Positions 17,190 through 24,257 of a stretch of 46,551 nucleotides of DNA are shown here, piece by piece. Source of the stretch: a virus. Under the pieces are notes generated by a model. The model was not told where the DNA came from, ran no database searches, and saw nothing but the letters and a program-made list of their open reading frames with translations. Within the stretch, counting starts at the first letter, position 1. Each line of letters begins with the position of its first letter. The position numbers and the translations under genes were made by a program. The stretch is from the IMG/VR virus record IMGVR_UViG_3300029578_000018, one strand, 5' to 3'.

Positions 17190-18637
17190 GTTGATACCTC
17201 CTGCGTTTTTTCGGCGGTTCCCTCCGCACCGTTTTCCGTTTTTTCCGAGGTTGTCTCCCCGTTGCGTTTTAACGACTTCCCTGTCGATAGTTCCTTTTCT
17301 TCTTGCTTTTCGGCATATTCCGCGCTGATTTTGTACGCAAGCTGAGGATCGGAGAACATGCCGCAGTGTGTAAATGCCAGTTGTGGGGCAATTTTCCCGT
17401 TGTTCAGCATGGCTACCAAAACACTGGCCTTTTCGCTGATATTTTCGTAATTCCGGCGCGTAAACCGAATTTCCAGGGCGGACATTTTCAGCGAAAGTGT
17501 CCGAAGATTATTGCAGATTTTGATGGCGATTTTCAGAAACTGCTTTTCGGACCGTTTGAACATCTGCTCGGAGTCCTTTGCCCGCGCCTCTGCTGACGAC
17601 CATCCGTCGCGCATAATGACCGCAGACCCGGTGTCACTGGTTGAGGATCCTCCATTCCGGTTCGGCATTCCGCAAATCGTCAGAACGGTGTCGTACATGT
17701 CATCCGTCAAAGTCTGGGTCTGTGTCTGGTTCAGCTCCGCCGTCAGGTACCCGATGTCAGCCTTGAGCGTCGCGTCAATGTCCTTGAACTTAATAGCGCC
17801 TTCTGCCCTCAAATTCTTGTAATCTTCGGGCGAAATGTCCACGTTGTGGAACAGCATCAGCGCCTGGACAAACTGTTCTACGCCGTCCATGCGGTTGGAT
17901 TGAACGTTGTTGATAGCGTCCAGAAGGGGGAGCACAATCTCAAAAGCGCCCAACCGGGATTCATTGGAGGGGTATTCGATAATTGGGATGCCCAATATCT
18001 GTGGCTCCGCTTTCACATCCCAGGTTTCCGTTACCTCAAAATATGTGTCTTCGGAATAGCAGCAGAAAACAACGGTGTTGTCCTCTTTCTGCACATACGT
18101 CACGCCCAAAATGGGCCGGTGGCCTAAGCCGCTGGAGTACACCACGAAGGTGTTGCGCGGATCCAGTGTAAAAATCTCAAACGGAGATTCATCTTCTTCC
18201 ACGTCCGCCATTCTGTCCGGCAGAATCATGCGGTACGACGTGCCGCAAATATGGAACCAGTCCGCCAGCTCCTTGTCTTTGGCGGCCTTGTCCTCTGAAA
18301 GCGCATAATCGTTGAGCTTGGACACGCCTTCAGCGACGGATTCATCGTTCCCCCTGCTGACGTACTGCACAGGCTCACCCAGAAGATAACCGACCTTGAA
18401 CGAAACAATTTCGTTCGCCCGGTTCACAACGATTTTGTTGTTGATTTCCGGCCTGACGTCCTTTACCCTTCCCAAAATGGGCTGGTCTCCCTTGTAATAC
18501 CTGTAAAGATACTCAATGTCCGCCCGGTTCATCTGGTGGATGGGCATAGCCTTTTGCAAAACATCCACCACGTTTCCCCGGGTGACGTGCTCAACGTCCG
18601 TGTAGATAACCTTCCGACCAAAAAGATTCATTGGCAC
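17186..18637 (-). CDS. Portal protein (SPP1 gp6-like)
   Basis: IEYLYRYYKGDQPILGRVKDVRPEINNKIVVNRANEIVSFKVGYLLGEP matches the portal family pattern. It follows terL. Confidence 0.9.
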   Translation of the reverse strand: MPMNLFGRKVIYTDVEHVTRGNVVDVLQKAMPIHQMNRADIEYLYRYYKGDQPILGRVKDVRPEINNKIVVNRANEIVSFKVGYLLGEPVQYVSRGNDESVAEGVSKLNDYALSEDKAAKDKELADWFHICGTSYRMILPDRMADVEEDESPFEIFTLDPRNTFVVYSSGLGHRPILGVTYVQKEDNTVVFCCYSEDTYFEVTETWDVKAEPQILGIPIIEYPSNESRLGAFEIVLPLLDAINNVQSNRMDGVEQFVQALMLFHNVDISPEDYKNLRAEGAIKFKDIDATLKADIGYLTAELNQTQTQTLTDDMYDTVLTICGMPNRNGGSSTSDTGSAVIMRDGWSSAEARAKDSEQMFKRSEKQFLKIAIKICNNLRTLSLKMSALEIRFTRRNYENISEKASVLVAMLNNGKIAPQLAFTHCGMFSDPQLAYKISAEYAEKQEEKELSTGKSLKRNGETTSEKTENGAEGTAEKTQEVST

Positions 18638-18643
18638 ACCCCC

Positions 18644-20299
18644 TTAAAATGGCCGCTTGAACACTTCCACTTTGCCGCCCACCCGCATCCGAATTTCGTT
18701 CTCCAGCAGGGACAAAGCATCCGGCGCGTCATCGTGCGGCACTTTGCCGCTCCGGGTGTAAGTGGTGACTTCCTTCATGAAATTGAAGTACTGGCTGCCC
18801 CGTTTATAGGCGGACGGATGCTTGAACCAGAAGTGTTTCTTGATGTTGTCGGACGCAAATTCAATTCGCGTCTGTTTGTTGGAAATGGTCCTTTTTGTAC
18901 GTATTCCAACGCTATATCCACGCTGCCGGACGATTTCCGCAACGTCTCTGGCGTAATACATGCCTGCGTTGTTGCTTTCAAACAGCGCGTCCGCAACGCG
19001 GTTGTCGATCAGGCATCTGGCGCATTCCGGCTTTGTGACGTCCGGCGGAGAATCATCAAACACCACGTCCACGATATACACTTCATCCCCGTACAGCGCC
19101 GCAACGGGAAGGGCGGTGCTGTCGCTTCCGCTTTCTGCGGTGTCGCACACGGCAATAACGGCGTCCGGATCACGGCCTGTGGGGAGTTCAAAGAAATAAT
19201 TCAGCTCATCCTTGTTAAAAAGCAGCCCCTTTGCTTCAAAGGGCTGCTGCTGAAATTCGCTTTCAAACTGTTCCGCGCTCAAAAGCTCCCTCTGTTCGCG
19301 GAAATACGCTGTGGTAAACACCTTTTTCCCGTCCCGTTCGTATTCGTAGTTACTCTCGTCCGTAACAGGGTCAAGTGCTGGTATTTCAATGGCTTTCCAC
19401 GCCCAGCCGCCTTTTTGCGCTTCCTCTTGGAGGTGGCCGATGGGGTCATACAGGGAATATCGGGTTCCCGTGGCGACAATGGGGGTTCCCTCAATGGCTC
19501 GGCCCAGGATATCGCCGGATATAATCTCCCACTTATCGTCCAGTCTTTGGCGGTTTTTTGCTTCCTCGCGCCCCTCTACGCAGTCATCCAGATATAGGAC
19601 GTTCGTAGCCTCCGACAAGCCCACTTGTCTTGCGTCAATAGAACGACACATGACTGTGGGAAAACGGGATTTTGACCGCAGATTCAGTATCTTTGTGTCC
19701 GCATTGGTCTGCACCAACGGAGAATTGGGAAAAACGTCATAGAATAAATATTCATTTGGCGTTTGCAGATACTCCAGGCACCCGGAATAAAAGCTTTTCA
19801 CCAGGTCGTCCCCCGTCCCTTCCATTAGGGACGACTTGTCCGGTTCCCGCCCAGACAGAAAATTGACGAAATTGATGCCCAACTGGGATTTTCCGGCGCG
19901 TTTTGGCATCGACAGCGTCAACAACCGCAGTTTTCCGTCCAAAACCTCTTGATACGCCGCCACAATAGGCCGCAGATAATGTCTTCGAGGTGCGTAGAAT
20001 TTCTTCTCCGGTTTGCGGTTCATCTCGATGTACAGCAGAAACGTGTCGAAATCGTGCGGTGCGTCAAAGCACATGGCCTTTTTGTACACGTCAAACAAAG
20101 AATCCGCCGCATTTGCGCTGCACTTGTGCAGGGCCGCAGAACTCAGTTTTCGCAAATCCTTGCTCAGCTCATGGGCCAGGGTGAAATCATCCGGTTCCAG
20201 TTGTCGGCATACGGATAGAAGGTCCATGTACGGCACATGGTCGGACGGATTCCGCGCAATATGCTGTTTTATGCGTTCTGATAGTTTTGCGTAGTCCAT
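18644..20299 (-). CDS. terL: Terminase large subunit
   Basis: 551 aa, Walker-A-like LSMPKRAGKS, nuclease-half acidic motifs, and a position directly upstream of the portal gene. Confidence 0.9.
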   Translation of the reverse strand: MDYAKLSERIKQHIARNPSDHVPYMDLLSVCRQLEPDDFTLAHELSKDLRKLSSAALHKCSANAADSLFDVYKKAMCFDAPHDFDTFLLYIEMNRKPEKKFYAPRRHYLRPIVAAYQEVLDGKLRLLTLSMPKRAGKSQLGINFVNFLSGREPDKSSLMEGTGDDLVKSFYSGCLEYLQTPNEYLFYDVFPNSPLVQTNADTKILNLRSKSRFPTVMCRSIDARQVGLSEATNVLYLDDCVEGREEAKNRQRLDDKWEIISGDILGRAIEGTPIVATGTRYSLYDPIGHLQEEAQKGGWAWKAIEIPALDPVTDESNYEYERDGKKVFTTAYFREQRELLSAEQFESEFQQQPFEAKGLLFNKDELNYFFELPTGRDPDAVIAVCDTAESGSDSTALPVAALYGDEVYIVDVVFDDSPPDVTKPECARCLIDNRVADALFESNNAGMYYARDVAEIVRQRGYSVGIRTKRTISNKQTRIEFASDNIKKHFWFKHPSAYKRGSQYFNFMKEVTTYTRSGKVPHDDAPDALSLLENEIRMRVGGKVEVFKRPF

Positions 20300-20323
20300 G
20301 CGGCCTCCATTTTTGCATAAAAA

Positions 20324-20360
20324 GAGACGGGTTCCAGAAAGAACTCGTCTCTTTTATTTA
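20324..20360. terminator. Bidirectional intrinsic terminator 24 nt upstream of the terL start
   Basis: agagacgggttc/gaactcgtctct forms a 12-bp stem with 1 mismatch and a 6-nt loop. T-runs follow the stem on both strands. Confidence 0.7.
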
Positions 20361-20365
20361 CTTGG

Positions 20366-21160
20366 TTATCCTACAAGTTCACAATCGTACCAATACCCTG
20401 AGCTTCCACACGTTCCCTCGAGCGTTATCGTGTCTCCAACCTTGATTTGCTTGAGCGCATCTTCTTGGTCTTTTTCAAATTCGGCTATATAAATCACGAT
20501 CGTTCCGCCAACGTTTGTCTGCATAGTCAGCGTCGCGCCTCCCGTCAGGTTAAGCAAGCCGCTGCTCGAAAGGCCAGCTATCTGCCCTGTAACTTTGTAA
20601 CGATTGCCCTTATACTTTTCGTCTGCCGCAAGCTCGTTTTCCTTATATGCGAGGTAGACTTCCTCGAACGTAACTACATGTTCGAGCTTCGGGGTCTTCT
20701 TAATGTCCTTTTCTCCGCACGACTCGCACTTGTATTCCTCGTACCCTTCGGATTCCTCCGTGGCGGCCACACTGTCCACCAGCACCCACTTGTGTTCACA
20801 GGGCTTTTCTTCGCCCGACTGCTTCGGCTCGTCCCCCTTGGTTGGCTCCTCGACGGCGGGATTGTCCGGCTGTTCCGGTGGCGTCTCCCCACTAGAAAAG
20901 ATTAGCGCCGCCGCAATAAACGCACAGAAACAAACTGCGGTGACAATCAAGGGCTTTGCGACTTTACGCCGCTTGACCGCGTTTACAATTGTCCACGCGA
21001 TTCCGCCCAGGAAGCCCAACATGAATGTCCATGCCAGAAACATCTCGGGGTCCTTGTTTTCTATAGACGCAAGCAGAGCCAGAAACTCCATCAACGTGCC
21101 CATTACGATGAGTACGATTTGCCAGCCCCTTAGTTTTTTTCGCTTTTTCTCCTCCTCCAT
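20366..21160 (-). CDS. Multi-pass membrane protein with extracytoplasmic Cys motif and C-terminal OB-fold-like (tRNA_anti-like) domain
   Basis: Three hydrophobic helices, a Pro/Glu linker, CEHKW...CESCG, then AADEKYKGNRYKVTGQI.... The start is set at ATG 21160 (GGAGG upstream). Confidence 0.7.
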   Translation of the reverse strand: MEEEKKRKKLRGWQIVLIVMGTLMEFLALLASIENKDPEMFLAWTFMLGFLGGIAWTIVNAVKRRKVAKPLIVTAVCFCAFIAAALIFSSGETPPEQPDNPAVEEPTKGDEPKQSGEEKPCEHKWVLVDSVAATEESEGYEEYKCESCGEKDIKKTPKLEHVVTFEEVYLAYKENELAADEKYKGNRYKVTGQIAGLSSSGLLNLTGGATLTMQTNVGGTIVIYIAEFEKDQEDALKQIKVGDTITLEGTCGSSGYWYDCELVG

Positions 21161-21210
21161 TTTCCTTTTCCTCCACATTTATTTTCTCCCGGGTAGCCGG
21201 GGGAATTACT

Positions 21211-21972
21211 TCATCTCGCGCCCGTTGCCAGGATCGGCTCGTGCTGGCCCTTGACCCATTCCTTGTTTTTTCCGTACCGGTAAAATCCCTCGTAAGTTTT
21301 CCGGTTGTTCACGATACTTTGCACCGTGCTGATAACGAACGGCTTCCCGTTCCGGGTGGTATACCCGTCCTTGTTGAGACTGTCCACGATTCCATTAAGG
21401 GTCATGCCGCCGTCCCGAAGCTCAAATACCCGCCGGACAACAGCCGCTTCTTTCTCGTTGATGCAGAGCGCACCACCTCGAACTTCATACCCCATAGGTG
21501 CTCGACCGCCAGAATATCCGCCACGGGAGGCTTTAACTGCTCTGCCAGCGCTCGTGCGCTTGTTGATGTTGTCTCTCTCCATTTCGGCGCACGTCAGGGT
21601 GAACGCCTTGAGCATCCCGGCAAATACACCGAATTGCCCGAAGTCCTCGCAGATGCTGATTAGCTCAATGCCTTTGCGCAGCAGTGCGCCCTGGTAGTAA
21701 AAGTATATGTTGATGTCTCTGGCCACTCGGTCAGATTTCGCAACTACGACAGCTTCGTAAGGGGGGTTGTTCACTTCTCCGTAAACGATCTCATCGAACC
21801 CGGGGCGGTACTTTGCGCCGCTCTCTCCCTCGTCAGAAAACCATCGCAGGATGTTCATGTCGTTCTTGCGGCAGTATTCCTCTATCTGTTCACGTTGCAC
21901 GTCCAGCCCAAACTTATCTTCTCCGGTTTGCCCGTCTGTGCTCACGCGGATATATGCAACCACGTTTTTCAT
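21211..21972 (-). CDS. Serine recombinase, short form (resolvase domain plus partial Recombinase domain, no zinc-ribbon or coiled-coil)
   Basis: YIRVSTDGQ (catalytic Ser), SDRVARD, then the GRAPMGYE... recombinase domain. It ends at 253 aa. The start is ATG 21972 with AAGGAGGAG upstream. Confidence 0.85.
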   Translation of the reverse strand: MKNVVAYIRVSTDGQTGEDKFGLDVQREQIEEYCRKNDMNILRWFSDEGESGAKYRPGFDEIVYGEVNNPPYEAVVVAKSDRVARDINIYFYYQGALLRKGIELISICEDFGQFGVFAGMLKAFTLTCAEMERDNINKRTSAGRAVKASRGGYSGGRAPMGYEVRGGALCINEKEAAVVRRVFELRDGGMTLNGIVDSLNKDGYTTRNGKPFVISTVQSIVNNRKTYEGFYRYGKNKEWVKGQHEPILATGAR

Positions 21973-21993
21973 ACGGCTCTCCTCCTTTGGAGT

Positions 21994-22011
21994 CAATCCA
22001 AAATTGGATTG
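21994..22011. promoter_or_regulatory. Palindrome CAATCCAA-AA-TTGGATTG in the recombinase 5' leader (operator or recombinase site candidate)
   Basis: Perfect 8-bp arms with a 2-bp spacer, just downstream of the predicted recombinase transcription start. Confidence 0.4.
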
Positions 22012-22023
22012 GCTTCTACGGTT

Positions 22024-22053
22024 ATTGTATCACACAGTAAACGTAAATGTCAA
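22024..22053 (-). promoter_or_regulatory. Promoter for the recombinase: TTGACA-18-TACAAT with TG extension and an upstream A-tract
   Basis: Read on the minus strand. The A/T-rich block 22056..22088 sits where an UP element would. Confidence 0.55.
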
Positions 22054-22195
22054 GCCGCCTTTTTGTTTTTTTCTTTTATTTTTTGTGGGCATTTTGGGGC
22101 TTACCCGGCCCCGCTCCCGCCCTTGATATCCCCCGCCCCGGTCATGTCGCGCGTGGCCCCGTCTCTGCAAATTACGCAAAATCATGATTTTGCTA

Positions 22196-22223
22196 TTGAC
22201 AATTACATATAATCTGATATAAT
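22196..22223 (+). promoter_or_regulatory. Near-consensus promoter TTGACA-16-TGaTATAAT driving the plus-strand island operon
   Basis: Exact -35 and -10 hexamers plus an extended -10 TG, about 150 nt upstream of the 22372 ATG. Confidence 0.65.
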
Positions 22224-22371
22224 GGTATCCGTACAGCAGGGGAGCGCACCCGCCGCCGGTCAAGCAATGCGGATACGCTCCCCACACCAGACCAGAGGCC
22301 CAGCGCGTACAGTGTACCACGCCCGGGCTACCTGGTCAAGAGATAGGCCAGTAAGGCCGGGAGGTAATACA

Positions 22372-22791
22372 ATGGATTATACAACAGTACTTGCAAAGGC
22401 AACGCAGACACTTGAACAGCGCAAAGACCGCAGCGCATGGGGCCGGGGCGTGAATGAGTACGCCGTAGACATGCTCCAGCAGCTCACGGACTACTACAAG
22501 GGCGGCTATATCTCCGGTGAAACTCTGGAAAACTGCACCGCTTGCCAGATTGCGGCCTTGAATGGGGCGCGCAACTGGAGTGAATACAGCTGGGGCGGCT
22601 CCGCTCTGGTCTATGATGGGGACATCGCCGCCGCCCTCTGCAACCCCTCCGAACTCAAAAAGACCCGCAACGGGGAGCGCAAACCGAACAGCCGGGAAGA
22701 ATGGCTTGATGTGCAGGCCAGGGCATTGCATCAGGCTTTCCGCCGGATGTATGGAGCTATCCGGGCCGCCCGGCAGGAGGTGCAGGCATGA
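22372..22791 (+). CDS. Hypothetical protein (139 aa)
   Basis: GGAGGT lies 6 nt upstream of ATG 22372. The longer track ORF start at 22222 lies inside the -10 element. Confidence 0.7.
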   Translation: MDYTTVLAKATQTLEQRKDRSAWGRGVNEYAVDMLQQLTDYYKGGYISGETLENCTACQIAALNGARNWSEYSWGGSALVYDGDIAAALCNPSELKKTRNGERKPNSREEWLDVQARALHQAFRRMYGAIRAARQEVQA

Positions 22792-23012
22792 GGAAGTACA
22801 CGCAGAAGCAGCTCCGGGAGCTTGTGAAACTTGGCTGCGCAGAGGATTACACCCACAAGCCCAGCGAGTACATTTACACACTTCGGAGGCTGGACAAGAT
22901 CGGCTACTCCTCCGGCGTGTACGGCCTTAACGGCGGACTCGTGGAAGATATGGAAACCGGGCAGCTATACGCCATTATCGGGCGTTGCTCCAATCTGTTT
23001 ATCTTGTTTTAA
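22788..23012 (+). CDS. Hypothetical protein (74 aa)
   Basis: ATGA overlap with the upstream stop. Confidence 0.65.
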   Translation: MRKYTQKQLRELVKLGCAEDYTHKPSEYIYTLRRLDKIGYSSGVYGLNGGLVEDMETGQLYAIIGRCSNLFILF

Positions 23013-23024
23013 GGGGGTGCAGGC

Positions 23025-23093
23025 ATGAGCGCTAACGAGATTGCCGCCAAGGTGCAAGAGCTTAGAGAGCTGCGCCGCTTTACTTTTGCTTGA
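23025..23093 (+). pseudogene. 22-codon ORF (MSANEIAAKVQELRELRRFTFA), possibly the remnant 5' end of a lost gene
   Basis: Good RBS, but it stops after 22 codons. Its stop overlaps the -35 of the next promoter. Confidence 0.3.
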
Positions 23094-23118
23094 CCCGCTC
23101 CGGCGGATGCGGTACAAT
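23090..23118 (+). promoter_or_regulatory. Promoter TTGACC-17-TACAAT
   Basis: Hexamers and spacing read directly. AAGGAGG and a TTG start follow within 25 nt. Confidence 0.55.
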
Positions 23119-23140
23119 CGAGATGTAAGGAGGTGCTGGA

Positions 23141-23215
23141 TTGCTATCTGTCGTGCTGCTGATCATCTGGTTTCCGTTGGCCGTCCTGGCCGACGTGGTC
23201 CGCAAATCTAAGTAG
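23141..23215 (+). CDS. 24-aa hydrophobic peptide MLSVVLLIIWFPLAVLADVVRKSK (TTG start)
   Basis: AAGGAGG lies 7 nt upstream. One TM-length helix with a basic C-terminal tail. Confidence 0.45.
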   Translation: MLSVVLLIIWFPLAVLADVVRKSK

Positions 23216-23262
23216 CTTGTCAATCATTTGGGAGCAAAACATTTTAGTTGGAGGTAAATAAA

Positions 23263-23544
23263 ATGGTTAAGATCAAAGTTGAAAACGTGTATCCCAGCGG
23301 CGGATTCGTCCGCTTGCCGACGGAAGATGGCGGTCCGTCCGTCTACGCCATGGAGGGCGATTTTTTCGAAGGGCGCGGTGTTGATGACAGCGGCAACGAT
23401 TACACCATCTATTGGTGGCCTATCGACGGGTATGACCCCGAGACAGACGATGATTCTGACGCCTGCGATTGGGCGGCCCCGGCAGCCATTGTCGCGGACG
23501 GGGAAAAGCGGACGCTGGTTGCGTCCGCAGAGCTGGAGTGGTGA
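23263..23544 (+). CDS. Strongly acidic small protein (93 aa, 21 D/E vs 6 K/R)
   Basis: GGAGG lies 8 nt upstream of ATG 23263. Residues counted by hand. Confidence 0.7.
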   Translation: MVKIKVENVYPSGGFVRLPTEDGGPSVYAMEGDFFEGRGVDDSGNDYTIYWWPIDGYDPETDDDSDACDWAAPAAIVADGEKRTLVASAELEW

Positions 23545-23616
23545 AAGGATGATTTTGCCTTGCCAACCTCGCCGTATCCGGCAGTATTACTAATAGATGA
23601 TCTTCAAGGTAACAGG

Positions 23617-23649
23617 CCGCCCCGGAATAGCTCCGGGGCGGTTATTTTA
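23617..23649 (+). terminator. Intrinsic terminator of the plus-strand island operon
   Basis: ccgccccgg / ccggggcgg form a 9-bp GC stem followed by ttatttta. Confidence 0.75.
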
Positions 23650-23655
23650 TGCCCT

Positions 23656-23698
23656 GCCCGCAACGGCGTTTTAATGGCGTTTTGCGGGCTTTTGCTGT
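23656..23698 (+). terminator. Second, tandem terminator-like hairpin
   Basis: gcccgcaa / ttgcgggc form an 8-bp stem followed by ttttgctgtt. Confidence 0.45.
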
Positions 23699-23737
23699 TG
23701 GGTGGTATTGGGACACCGCCGCCAATGCAACACGCTC

Positions 23738-24037
23738 TCACTCTCCCCAGCCGTCGCCCTCATCGCCCGGTCGGGTAGTCCACTCCTTGAGGATTGCTAT
23801 TGCGTCGGCAGGCATGCCCGGCAAATCTCTTAGTCGCTCAAAAGCGCGGAGTGCGCTTGCCTTGGTGCGCATTAACCCTGCAATCTCTTTGTCGCGCAAG
23901 TAAGCCTTACTGTCCTCAAGGAGTTGTTTTTCCTCCCCGGATAAGCTGTCAATATCGACACCACGACCCAGCGTATACACTCGTTGTGTATCGTCGCACA
24001 TTGTACATTCCAACAGGTGGGGATAATATCCAGTCAT
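23738..24037 (-). CDS. Hypothetical protein (99 aa)
   Basis: AAAGGGA RBS. It is the first ORF downstream of terS. Confidence 0.6.
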   Translation of the reverse strand: MTGYYPHLLECTMCDDTQRVYTLGRGVDIDSLSGEEKQLLEDSKAYLRDKEIAGLMRTKASALRAFERLRDLPGMPADAIAILKEWTTRPGDEGDGWGE

Positions 24038-24120
24038 TTTTTTCCCTTTCTACCGTAGCCCCTCGGCTAATACATAAAACCTCTCTTGCTCGATTATACC
24101 ATGTAGACCGACTAATGTCA

Positions 24121-24257
24121 AAAGTCGCTGCAAAAGTCGCCCGGTTTTGCGCGAAAGTCGCCGATAGTCGCTAAACCGTGTATAACCCCGGGAAAATCGT
24201 TGCCCCTACTCCGAAAGTTGCTGAATAGTCGCTAAAAAAATCAGTTTTCATAGTCGC
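24121..24257. repeat. Array of six AGTCGC (minus strand: GCGACTWT) repeats plus one AGTTGC variant
   Basis: Copies at 24123, 24135, 24156, 24166, 24227 and 24252, with the variant at 24216. Spacings are 12, 21, 10, 50, 11 and 25 bp. Confidence 0.8.

Noticed and set aside
21994-22011. The 8-2-8 palindrome as one of a pair of recombination sites
   Set aside because: I found no second copy or close variant elsewhere in the window. The nearest look-alikes (34794..34826 GGATT repeats, 39347 CAATCCAG) are unrelated. Its position just downstream of the recombinase promoter fits an autoregulatory operator better.
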